Source: Zootoca vivipara (Eukaryota). Taken from it: 64,000 nucleotides of DNA. The translations under genes and the position numbers were made by a program. The stretch is from the NCBI RefSeq assembly GCF_963506605.1, contig NC_083281.1, forward strand, positions 90,644,001 to 90,708,000, read 5' to 3'. This document shows, in pieces, positions 45,901 through 58,222 of the stretch (position 1 is its first letter; the number at the start of each line of letters is the position of its first letter). The notes beneath the pieces were generated by a model. The model ran no database searches and was not told the origin of the DNA. It saw only the letters and a list, made by a program, of their open reading frames with translations.

Positions 45901-48900
45901 CGTGGATAGTTGGCCCCAGTGAATATTTGACGTTTTCTCCCCTTATGGCTTTGTTCTATAGGCTACCACTAAAACGAGGCTGCATTTTAAACTGTATTCT
46001 AACTTACATTTTAATCAACTGTTTTGTTGTTGTTGTTGTTTTGTTGTTTTTAATGTTTTTACTGTATTTATATTCGGTTTAGCTGCCCTGAGCCTGGTCT
46101 TGGCTGGGGAGGGTGGGGTATACATAAAAAATTATTATGATTAAATTTATTATAGTGGTGACAAAAAAGTCTAGACCTAATTGACAAAATAAATACTAAG
46201 AAATGACCAGTTCTGTGTGGCATCTCTCCCTCCCCCTTCTATGGGACCAAGGCGGCTGCCCTCACACCAATCCATAAGGCAAAATACTGCTCCTTCTACG
46301 GAAACTGCGGCAAGAACCCTGAAATCGGTTCCAGTCTTCTCCCGTCAAATGTCCCTTGCATCTCCAACACGCCGGCCCGGAAGCTCAATGGCTCCCACCT
46401 CAACCTCCTCCAGGCCATCTGCCCGATGCTGTTCACGGGGGCCGATGATACTTTTGCCTGCTGCTCCGAGGCCCAGCTGCAAGACCTCGGGAGCAGCCTG
46501 GCCATGTCCCAGGTGATTTTGTCTCGCTGCCCGGCCTGTTCGGAGAACTTTGCCAACATCTACTGCCAAAACACCTGCAGCCCAGACCAGAGCCTCTTCA
46601 TCAACATCACCCGCTCTTTCAACCGCACCGTCCAGGGGGAGGAGAAACAAGGGGTCTTGGAGTACCAGTGCTACTACAGCCAGCGCTTCGCTCAGGAGTC
46701 CTTCGACTCTTGCAAAGGGGTGAGGATGCCGGCCACGGGCGGCTACGCCATCGGCACCATGTGTGGCAAATACGGGGCCACCTTGTGCAACAGCCAGCGG
46801 TGGCTGGATTTCCAGGGGGACACAAGCAATGGGCTGGCCCCTTTGGCCATCTCCTTCCAGCTGGTGCCCGAAGGCTCTGCCCCAATTCAGGATGGCATCG
46901 TGCCCCTCAACGGAACGACCTGGAAGTGCAGCGAGGCAGTGGGCAATGGGACCAAGGAGAGGTGTTCCTGCCAGGACTGTTCCCAGGCATGCCCTGCAGC
47001 CCTGGACCCTCACCCTGCCCAGAAGCCCTTCCAAGTGGGGGAAATGGGTGGGGTCCTGTTCCTGTGCACCTTTCTCTTCCTCCTCCTCATGGTACTGTTT
47101 GTGGCCTTCCTGCTCCAGCAAGGGTGCTCCTGCTCATGTCGGAAACAGAAGGAGGAAGGCCCCAAGAAAGCCATGCCCGGGCCAACCTGTTCTCAGAAAG
47201 CGAGCCAGGCCACCCATGACTTCCTGGCCAGGATATTCAGCCGCTGGGGCACACTGGTGGCCTCCTACCCTGTCACGGTGATCACCATCTCGGTGGTGGT
47301 GGTGATAGGGCTCTCCAGCGGGCTGGTCTTTCTCCAGCTGACCACAGACCCTGTGGAGCTGTGGTCCAAACCCGACAGCCAGGCCCGGAAGGAGAAGACC
47401 TTCTACGACGAGAACTTTGGGCCCTTCTTCAGGACTAACCAGGTCATCCTGACCGCCAAGGACCGTCCCAGCTACACCTACGACTCCCTCGTCCTGGGCA
47501 ATAAGAACTTCAGCGGAATCCTCTCCATGGAGGTTCTGCTGGACCTGTTGGACCTGCAGCAGAGGCTGCAAGGCATCGAGGTCTGGTCTGCGGAGCATGG
47601 CAGGAACGTCTCTCTGAAGGACATCTGTTACGCGCCCCTGAACCCTCAGAATGCTACCCTCTCCGACTGCTGCGTCAACAGCCTGTTGCAGTATTTTCAG
47701 AACAACGTGACCCGCCTGAATATGACGGCCAACCAGACGATGAGGGGCAAGAATGGCACTGTGGACTGGCGGGACCACTTCCTCTATTGCGTCAAGTAAG
47801 CCCTGGCCCCCAGGGGACCCTCTTTTTTTACATTTTAGTGGGACAGCGGCCTTTGTTTTGATCAGGCTGAGCTGGAGCAGGGTGTGTGGGTCTGGCTGAG
47901 TCCTATGTCTGGAGTCAGGAACAAATGACCTCCTGTGCCATCTTGGCACAGCCCTCAAGGCGGGAGGTGAGGCTGGGCTGTCCCGGGAGCCTGGCTTTTG
48001 TTGGCAGCGCCCAAGGGCAGCCTTCAGAGTGGAGGGTTGGCAACCTCCTGCTGGCTCCGAGTCTCTGCTCATGCTCCGCTGCAGTCCAACAACAGCAGAG
48101 TTCTTCCTCCCACAAGTGTCGTTGTCCCTTTGCCTGTGGCTCAGGCTTAGAGCCCCTGATCGGCAAGCAGAAGGTCCTCTGTTCATCCCCAGCATCATTT
48201 CTAGGTAGGGTTGAGAAAGGCCTGGGAACCTGGAGAGCCGCTGCAAACTGAGGTTGATTGAGGGAGGGGGGGAGAGAAACGTTTTGGCTCTGTGGCCCCC
48301 CACCCCTCCACGGCAACGTGGGCAGGTGGTGAGACCAATCAGGTCACAGCATGAAAATAGGGATGTCTTATTCCATAATAATAAGGATGATATTATTTAT
48401 ACCACACCCATCTGACTGGGTAGCCCCAGCCACTCTGGGCAGCTTCCAACATATATAAAAACATAAGTAATCATTAAAAAACAAGCTGCTTTCAGATGTC
48501 TTCTAAAGGTTGTACAGTGGAACCTCGGTTTTCGAATGTAATCCGTTCCAGAAGACCGTTCGACTTCCGAAACGTTCGGAAACCGAGGAACAATGGGCGG
48601 TCGGCAAAACCCATTGAGGAAAAACAAAAACACGCAGCAGAAGCCTTTCGACTTCTGTGGTGTGTCCGAAAACGGAAGCAATTACTTCCGGGTTTTCGGC
48701 GTTCGGCTACCGAAATGTTTGGCTTCTGAGACGCTCTAAAACCGAGGTTCCACTGTATAGTTACTTATCTCCTTGGCTCGGGGGTGGCATAACTCCATAC
48801 CCTCCAGCATTTCTCCGATGGAAATAGGGACAGCCTAAGGAAAAGCGGGACATTCCGGGATCAAATGAAGAACTGGGATGATGGATTCTGTAAATCCGGG

Positions 48901-50608
48901 ACTGCCCCTGGGAAACAGGGTCTGGCGCAAAGCACCTTGCAAGCCCCATGCCTTCGCCCCAGCCAATGACCCTTCTTTTTTCAGGCACTGGCAGCTCAAG
49001 CAAGTTCCTGGTGTGTGCAGCTGACTCAGCAGGATTTGGCCCTCCCGTCCTTCAGCAGTTTAGGGCTCCTAGTTGTGCCCTGCCCGCTGCTTCTCTTCCC
49101 GCCCCACCTGCAATTTTAGGTGTGGGGCAAGCAACTGCCTTTTGGGGGCCACAGTTGAACTCCTGGTGGGGCAATTTTGGCTTGTGGGCTAGGAGGTTCT
49201 CCACGCCGGAAGCAGACAGCGCTTCCTAGAGGGTCCTTAATGCCGGTCTCTCACTGGGTGTTCAATTCCTTTGCCTTCGCAGCTCACCTCTCTCTTTCCA
49301 AGACATCACCGAGCTGGAGCTGAGCTGCATGGCAGACTACGGAGCACCTGTCTTCCCTTTCCTGGCCGTGGGGGGGTATCCAGGTAGGAGGCATGCCCAC
49401 CCCCACCCCCCGGAAGGAAAGATCGGGTCTTTTGTGTCATGCACAGATTGGGCTGCCCAGGCAGCAAGAGGCTGCGGTATAAGTGGTATTAAGACTTTTT
49501 TAAGGTCACGGGGCGGGGGGTTTGCACATGCACATGTGCTATTTTGGTGCTGTGGCAACCACTACAGCTTATGTTATTTTATTTTAAAAAAATGCTTTTT
49601 ATTAACTTTTTGTTACAACACAGAAACACACACACACACACTAAGATATAAGGGCAATTAAGAAGCAAACTAAAAAGAAAACACAAAACAAATGACAAAC
49701 ATATGACCATAAATCAGTACGCTCTTGCACACGGACCCATGTTACCCATAAATAGCTTATTCCATTTTTTTCTGTTTTTTTTCCTTTCCCCTTCCTTTCT
49801 TTTTTTAGAAATGAGTGATGGGGGGGGGGAACACAAATGAAAATAAAAGAAATTACATTTCTGCACATTTTTATACAGATGTGCGTAATCTTTATCCATC
49901 ACCTAATATATTCTGTATAAACTCGTTCCAAGTATCATTATACTCATGCAGAGAGGGAATTCCTGAGGGCCTCAAGATGCCCCACCTAGTCTGGTCCAGC
50001 AGTGGGGCCTGGCGAAACCACCACACCTGTGGCTTGAGGGAGATGGGGGGGCTGTGTGTGAGGGAACAAGGGCTCCGGGGGGGGGCTTGCTGCCTTGCGG
50101 ATGTGCCACCCCCAACCTGCCTCTCAGTGACCTCCTTCTTCTCCGCCTGACAGAGGAGGAGTACTCGGAAGGCCAGGCCCTCATCCTGACCTTCTCCCTG
50201 AACAACTTCCCTCTCAGTGACCCCCGATTTGACTTCGCCATGTTGTGGGAGAAGCAGTTCCTGAAGATCGTGGAGGAATTCCAGCGGGAACATGAAGACA
50301 GCTACACGGTCGCCTACATGGCAGAGGTGGGTGCTGCTGCTGCCCCGCCAGGGTCCCCACCGAGGACCCTCGTGCCTCCCATTTGCCATTAGGGGTTGGG
50401 GCTAATGGCAGGGGTCACTTCATGCCACTGCGGTCAGCGGTGCCCTACATCTGCCGGCCAGAACCAGCCCATTCCACTGACCGGTGGACCCCAGGTTTGA
50501 AATGAAGGTCCAGGTGCCTGGCCAGCCCCAAAGTGCCCTGCTAGACTGGTTGGAGAGGGTTATACTCCATCCCCGCTCCCCTCCTGTGCTGTGTCTACTT
50601 TATTCTTC

Positions 50609-50648
<40 letters not shown>

Positions 50649-53600
50649 TTCCTTCAGTAGCACCTTAAAGACCAACTAAGTTTTATATTTTGGTATGAGC
50701 TTTCGTGTGCATGCACACTTCTTCAGATACACACGAAAGCTCATACCAAAATATAAACTTAGTTGGTCTTTAAGGTGCTACTGAAGGAATTTTTTTATTT
50801 TGCTTCGACTCAGACCAACACGGCTACCTACCTGTAATAATGATAATGATAATGATAATGATTTAATATTTATACCCTGCCCATCTGGCTGAGTTTCCCC
50901 AGCCACTCTGGGCGGCTCCCAATCGAGTGTTAAAAACAATACAGCATTAAATATTAAAAACTTCCCTAAACAGGGCTGCCTTCAGATGTCTTTTAAAAAT
51001 AGGATAGTTGTTTATTTCCTTGACATCTGGTGGGAGGGCGTTCCACAGGGTGGGCACCACTACCGAGAAGACCCTCTGCCTGATTCCCTGTAACCTCACT
51101 TCTCGCAATGAGGGAACCGCCAGAAGGCCCTCGGCGCTCGATCTCACGATAGGGGTGGAGACGCTCCTTCAGGTATACTGGGCCGAGGCTGTTTAGGGCT
51201 TTAAAGGTCAGCACCAACACTTTGAATTGTGCTTAGAAACGTACTGGGAGCCAATGCAGATCTCTCAGGACCAATGTTATATGGTCCCGGTGGCCACTCC
51301 GAGACACCAGTCTAGCTGCCGCATTCTGGTTTAATTGCAGTTTCTGGGTCACCTTCAAAGGCAGCCCCACGTAAGAGCGCATTGCAGTAGTCCAGGCGAG
51401 AGATAACTAGAGCATGCACCACTCTGGCGAGACAGTCCGCAGGCAGGTAGGGTCTCAGCCTGTGTACCAGATGGAGCTGGTAGACAGCTGCCCTGGACAC
51501 AAAATTAACCTGTGCCTCCATGGACAGCTGTGAGTCCAAAATGACTCCCAGGCTGCGCACCTGGTCCTTCAGGGGCACAGTTACCCCATTCAGGACCAGG
51601 GAGTCTCCGCCCCGCCCCCTGTCCCCCCAAAACAGTACTTCTGTCTTGTCCGGATTCAACCTCAATCTGTTAGCTGCCATCCATCCTCCAACCGCCTCCA
51701 GGCACTCACACATTCACCACCTTCACTGGTTCTGGTTTAAAAGAGAGGTAGAGCTTTTTTGCTGTCCAAATCAGTCAGGTTGGTGGCGGAGGAGAGGAGA
51801 AAAATGTGCCTGGAGAGCCTGGTGTTCATCATTTTTACACTTTGGGATTTTTCAAGTACTATGTCCCTCCCACCCCCGTGTGCCTGGAGAGCTTGAGCTG
51901 AGTGGGCATAGAATCAGGGGCACCGTCCCCTGAAGTAGCAGCAGCTGCTTCATCTCTTGGCTGGTGCAAGGAATGTGGAGGGCCGGCCTAAGTTATGCGC
52001 TTTGAGCATCTTATGTGCCTGAGAAGCCAATGCTGAGCTGGCCTTGCCCATTGGTTGCTGCTTTTCCATGCTCAAGGTGAAGTATTCGAAACTCCCATTG
52101 TTTTGCGACAGGGAATTTCATTAGCGCAAGCAGTTTCTGAGCTCTGGGTGCAGTGCTGCGGCTGAGATTTCAGATAAAAACTGCAGAGTGGAGGGAAAGG
52201 AGGACCTTTTCTGACTCCCCACTTCCAGCTGCTCTCTGAATACTGGATAAGAGACCCTCTTAAGACGATTACGGGGGCAGTGGGGGCAGGCAGGGGAAGG
52301 ACTAGACCTTGTGAAAAATGAACGTAATATTTTAGCTGCATGCAGTTCATTCATTTTCAGTTTTGTATTCTTGTTATTTAAAAAAGTGTGCCTAGACATT
52401 CTGTGGTGGCTCTCATAACCTAGGTTTAAGGTGCCGTTCAGCTCCTAGCTTTCCTGCCTCAGTTTCTAACACTGTTAAGGTGGGATCACATCAACGTACA
52501 AAATAAATATATAGCAACATTTCAAGAAAATGCACTAACAGTTATGGAACAGAGCACGACTGAACCAAATAGTCACACGTAATATCATTAGGGCAAACAT
52601 CTCATACTAATAAACACTGAAACAATGCCAAGCAATAAAATGCAAACATCCAAATAGCAGCAAAAGCAATACCTGCCCTCCACCCGCCAGGAAGGCAGGT
52701 GGAAAGTCTTACCCTTGATGGCTCCAGCAGACTCTCCCCTATAGACTCTTAAGGCCCTCTTATTCTCTCCCCCCCCCCATATACCTGCAGCGTTCACTGG
52801 AGGACGAGATCAGCCGCACCACCTGGGAGGACCTCCCCATCTTTGCTGTCAGCTACCTGGTGATCTTTGTGTACATTGCATTGGCCTTGGGCGAGTACTC
52901 CAGCTGGAAGCGCATCCTGGTATGAAGGGGCTTCCCCAAGGCAAGACGGGTGGAGGTGGCCACACCCGAGAGAAGGAGGAGGAGGAGCGGGGGGGGCAGA
53001 GGAGTTCCAGCCCCTCCTGCAGCATCAAAGCTTCCAGTATTTAAGGAGCTGTTGCTTTCCGAGTGCTTCCGGAGTTTGGTGCCACCACGGAGAGAGCCCT
53101 GCTCTTCTTCTGGACCGGAAGAGGTTTCATGCCTCTCTGGGTGTAGAAGCAGGTGCAAGGATGTAATACAAAGACTGGGCTTGCCTCTGTGTGTCCTCGC
53201 TGCTGAGGAGCATCCTCTCGTCACCATGCCTTCCATCATCTTTTCAGGTGGACTCCAAGGTGACGCTGGGCTTTGGAGGAATCCTGGTGGTCCTGGGGGC
53301 TGTGCTGTCGTCCCTGGGCTTCTACTCCTACATAGGGCTGCCCTCCTCCCTCATCATCATCGAGGTCGTCCCCTTCCTGGTGCTGGCGGTCGGTGCTGAC
53401 AACATCTTCATCTTCGTGCTGGAGTACCAGGTGCGGGAAATGCCCGGAGGGCAGGAAGTGCCCTTGGCTACCAAGGCTTGGCATGTCCAGAACAAAGATG
53501 TTTTTGCTGCTTGAACGGGAGAAGAAACAGAGGCAGGAGAGGATCAAGCAGTGGCAGCCATGGCCCTGCTCTTGTTAGGCAGAAGCCCCCGGCAACGGGG

Positions 53601-56600
53601 GCAGGAGGTGACAAGCAGCATGCTGCTTGGGGGCCCAGGTCTACCACCCCTCCCAGCTGTCCCCGGCCTGCCGCCCAAGGCAACTACGTCACCCAGCCTC
53701 ATGGGTAGGCTGGCCTTGTCCAGAACAGAGCAGCTCTCCTACTTCAGGACTGCTGGGCTTTGGGAAGGAGAATGGGGTCTGAGAGAGCCCGGATTGGAGG
53801 GGCACCTTTGCACACAGCTGAAGCTAGACCACCTCTGTTTGGGAACCCCAGAAGACACCTTGACTTCTCCGCCTTGCTGCTCTGTGGGTGAGGACCCCCC
53901 TTTCTCAGACCCCCCCTTCCTCTGCCTCCCACTACAGCGGTGTGAGCCACGGCCTGGGGAGACGACGGAGCAGCACATCGGGCGGGTTTTGGGTGACGTG
54001 GCCCCCAGCATGCTCCTTTGCAGCCTCTCCGAAGTCATCTGCTTCTTCCTGGGTGAGCAAAGCCACTCCTTCTCCGAGGTTGGAGTTGGGTACAAAACCT
54101 TGGTGGCCAAATGCCGCCAGGTTTGGGCAGAGAAGGGTGGCAGGACTCTCGGGGCTCATCTCGACTTCTGCCCATCCTGCCACTTCTCCCCGGAAAAAGC
54201 CCATCTTTACCTCTGAATCTCAGAGCAAACGTCAACCAGGTTTTCTGTGGACGGATGTTTGCACCGATTCAGTGCTAAAGAGCAGGTTTTCCTGGGGAAA
54301 TGGTGGGGCTGATAGAAAACGGTCTAGAATGTGGAAGTGTGACGATCCCTCCGTCAGGCTTTGGGAAATGCCTGACTAATCTGATTTTGCAAAGCTTCAA
54401 GCCTGGGAGTCTCTAGAATGCAGAGCTGCTTTGGGGCCCTTTGACTGGCGGCTGCTGTCTAGCTGCACGGACAGAGACCACAACTCAGGTTGTGATGGAG
54501 ACACGGTTCAGGCAGAGAGGGGCTGCCAAATGGGCCAGAGGCCTCCTTGCAGGGATACCCTCATTCCGGCCTTGTGACAAGGCCTGCCTGCCTGGGGGTG
54601 AGCGAGTGCTAGAGCAGGCAAAGCTGCAAGGGGATAGGGGCCCTGAAAAGCCAGGAGAGCCCGGATGTGGGCTTAGCTCTGAGAGCTGAAAAGAAGAATA
54701 CAAGGGAATGGCAGTAGCTCAAAGCTAAAAGCTGACCCCGACTCGCCCTGTGGCCAGAAAGCCAGGGAGATCCACCCCGTGCCTTTTTTTCCATGGACAT
54801 CCAATGGAGCTGAATGTTGGAAGATTCAGGACAGGTAAAAGCTAGGACTTTCACGCAGCGTCTAGCCAAACAGTGGGTCTCCCTCTCAAAGGTGATGGCT
54901 CCCAATCTGGCTGGCTGTAAAAGAGGATTAGATGAATTCATGGAGGAGGAAAGGGCTGTTGTTGGCAACTGGCCAGGATGGCTTGGTTCTGCTTCCACAG
55001 TCAGAGGCAGCAATAATGCTTCTGATTCCCCGTTACTGGAAGTCACAGTTGGGGAGAGGGCTCTTGTGCTTGGATCCTGCTTGTGGGTTTCCTAATAGGG
55101 CAGCTCATTGGCCACTGTGAGGACGGGATGGACCACTGCCTTTGGCCTGATCCAGCAGCCAGGATCTGCTGCTGGACCTTACGCCTCCCCTGCTGCTTCT
55201 AGGTGGCCTGTCGGAGATGCCGGCTGTCCGAACCTTTGCCTTGAACGCTGCCCTGGCCGTCCTCTTTGACTTCTTGCTCCAGGTGTCCATGTTTGTGGCT
55301 TTGCTGTCTCTGGATGCCCGCAGGCAGAAGGTGGGTGGGGCCTTTCTTTTAAAGTGTATTTTTGAGGTTGGAGGGTTCCCTTCCTGACTGGGGTTGGAGG
55401 CTCCCCACTGCCCCAGACTGATGCTGGACTCCCAGGCAGGTCCTGAATTGCCTGCTGTGGCAGAGGGTCCCCAACACCTCTACTCCTCCTCCTCCCCAGC
55501 CCCGCACTCCGACAGGGTCCTCAGCTGGCACCCCTTTTACCCACAGGCCTCTCGCTTTGACCTGTGTTGCTGCGCCCGACTGGAGGAAAAGAGCCCAGAG
55601 GAGAAGAAGAAGAAGCCAAGAAGCCTCCTTCGCACCTTCATAGAACGCTTCTATGCTCCCTTCCTGCTCAACAGCTTCGTCCGGTTCGTGGTGGTGAGTG
55701 CTGCTGGCTAGGTGACGGAGGGTGGTTTTTTCCTGTGTGTCTGTGAATCCAAGGCATAGAGCAGGCAAGGTGGCAAGAGAGGGGCAGGAGAGAACACAGG
55801 GTGTGGGGAGAAAGATCCTTCTCTCTGAGCCTTCTTAACCAACTCCCCCTCGGTGGCTGTTAGTCATGGAAGCCATATCTACCTCCTCCAGGATTAGAGG
55901 CGGGGAGACAGTCACAGGAGAGAGGGTGTGGCCTGCAGGTCCACGGGGGCCACCACCAAGCAGGCCCTGGTCAGGATGGGACACCACCTGGGGAATCCAC
56001 AGGCCCACCCACATGCCCTGAGGGCCATGATGGGTGGAGAGAATGGGGAGGTGGGAATCCATCTGACACATAAAATAATGGCCTTCAGGTGAGACTTGTG
56101 TGCTTCCTGGGAGCTTCCTTGGTCCCTGGTTGCGGGCAAGGGAGGACTGGGATGCTGAACTGGACGCTTTGGCCTGATCCTGCTGCTTCACCTGCAGAAA
56201 CCCTCTTGCATTCTTACCTTCAGATGCTGCTCTTCATTTTCATGTTCTGCGCTGGGATCTTCCTGATGTTGCATGTCGAAGTGGGGCTGAATCAGGAGCT
56301 GGCCGTGCCCACGGTGAGAGCTGGCTGGCCTGCTGGTCTTCTGGGGCAGCGATGATGATGGTCCCCCAGGGGGTTTCTCCACAAGGAACTTCCTTCAGGG
56401 AACTCGAGGACTTGGCTGAGTCTGGGTGCTCTGCAAAAGGCTTGCTGTCCCCAGCACCTTCAAGAAGGGAGCTGCTTACTTCTAATTGGCTTCCTCCAGT
56501 AGCTTTGTTAATTAAATTATTTGCAGTTTTTATAGCTCGCTCTTTGTCAAATGTTTTCAGCCCCAGAGCAGGGGACAGAGTAATAAAAAGAAACAGAAAA

Positions 56601-58171
56601 ACATCAATACAAAAAAAAATTACGGTACAAAATAATATACACAACAGTTCTGTCGGTCGGCAAGCAAGCAAAATGACAGCAACATTATAAATAGTATTTC
56701 CTGTTTAATGAAGTATGGGTCAGCAGGGCTGCAAGTTAGTGATGTGCTGGTAGATTTGCTGATCTCTTTTCTACATACCAGCCTTCCCAGGTAGCATCCA
56801 GGGTCTTCCGGGGTCTTTGAGGCCCCCCCCCCCATTTTATTTTTAAGCTGTCCTCATGGCTGACCTGTTCACTTCCTTCAGACGCCTCATTTCCGCTGTC
56901 TTCCCATGGCTGCTTCGGTTGAAGTGGCGAGATTTATCCCTCTCCCCCTTTTCAAGATCTCCAGTGACTGAGCCTATGGGGACAGTTTTTTAAATGTCCA
57001 CCTCCGGTCCTCCATTCTCTGTTTAATTTCCAGTAGCAAAGGGCCAAGAGCCTTCATTGAGGGATGAAAGGGGCGGGGAGGGTGATGTTAAGGGCTGGCC
57101 CTGGGCACAGGGAGGGCAGAGCTGCTCGGAGTCTGCTGGGGCTCCTCTCTCGGGCTGCTCCTTCAAGGCAAAGGTAGCGGACAGAGGGAAGGAGATGGAC
57201 CCACCCTGTCTCCAGTGGACAGCCGGAGAAACCAAATAATGTTGGAAGATTCGGGGTAGATGAAAGAAAGTTTTTCTTCATGCAGTACATAGTTAAACTG
57301 TGGAACTCCTTCCCACAAGAGGTCGTGATGGCCTCCAACCCAATTGGGTGTAAAAGAGGATGAGACAAATTCATGGAGGGGAGGCCTATCAATTGTTCCT
57401 AGCCACAATGTCTATGTGCTCTGCCTCCATGGTCCAAGGCAGTGAAGGCTTCTGAAGACCAGTTGCTGGAAGCCACTGGAAGGGAGAGCTGCTCTTGTGC
57501 TCAGGTCCTGCTTGCAGGTCCCGGTCCCCCCCCCCCCGGCATCTGTTTGGCCACTGTGAGAACAGGATGCTGGATGGGCCATTGGCCTGATCCAGCAGGT
57601 TCTTCTTATGTCCTTACGCTCTGCTCTCCCCAGGATTCCTACATGCTGCAGTACTTCCAGTACCTGAACGCGTACTTCATGGTGGGGGCCCCAACTTACT
57701 TCGTCACTACGCCGGGCTACAACTTCTCCACGGTGGCAGGGATGAACGGCGTCTGCTCCAGCTCAGGCTGCGATGACAACTCCTTGACGCAGAAGATCCA
57801 GTCTGCCGTGCAGTTCCCGAACGTGTAAGTCCCTTGGAGGAGCCGTTCTGCTCCTGTAAAAAGGGTGTGGGTGAGTGTACAAGAGCGCCCCCCCCCCCAG
57901 TTTTGCCCTCAAATATGCCAGAATATTATTGCATGCTCTTTCCTCCACATACCTGCCAGGAAACATAAGAAAAAAAATAGAGAGAGGGAGGGTTCCTGGA
58001 GGGTTCGTCTCTGAGGGGCAGAGAAAAAGATGCTTTGACTAGGGAGGGTGTGGTGGTAAACGAGCAATTGCAGAAGCTATTTAGCCCTGACCCTTCCTGG
58101 GGGAGATGTAGCTGCAGACCCCCAGGCAGATGCTAGAAAGCAGCCTGGAGTTTGCTTCATGCAGGAATAGA

Positions 58172-58222
<51 letters not shown>

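Noticed and set aside
46345-48303. 258- and 389-aa minus-strand ORFs
   Set aside because: Antisense shadows of the GC3-rich NPC1L1 exon 2.
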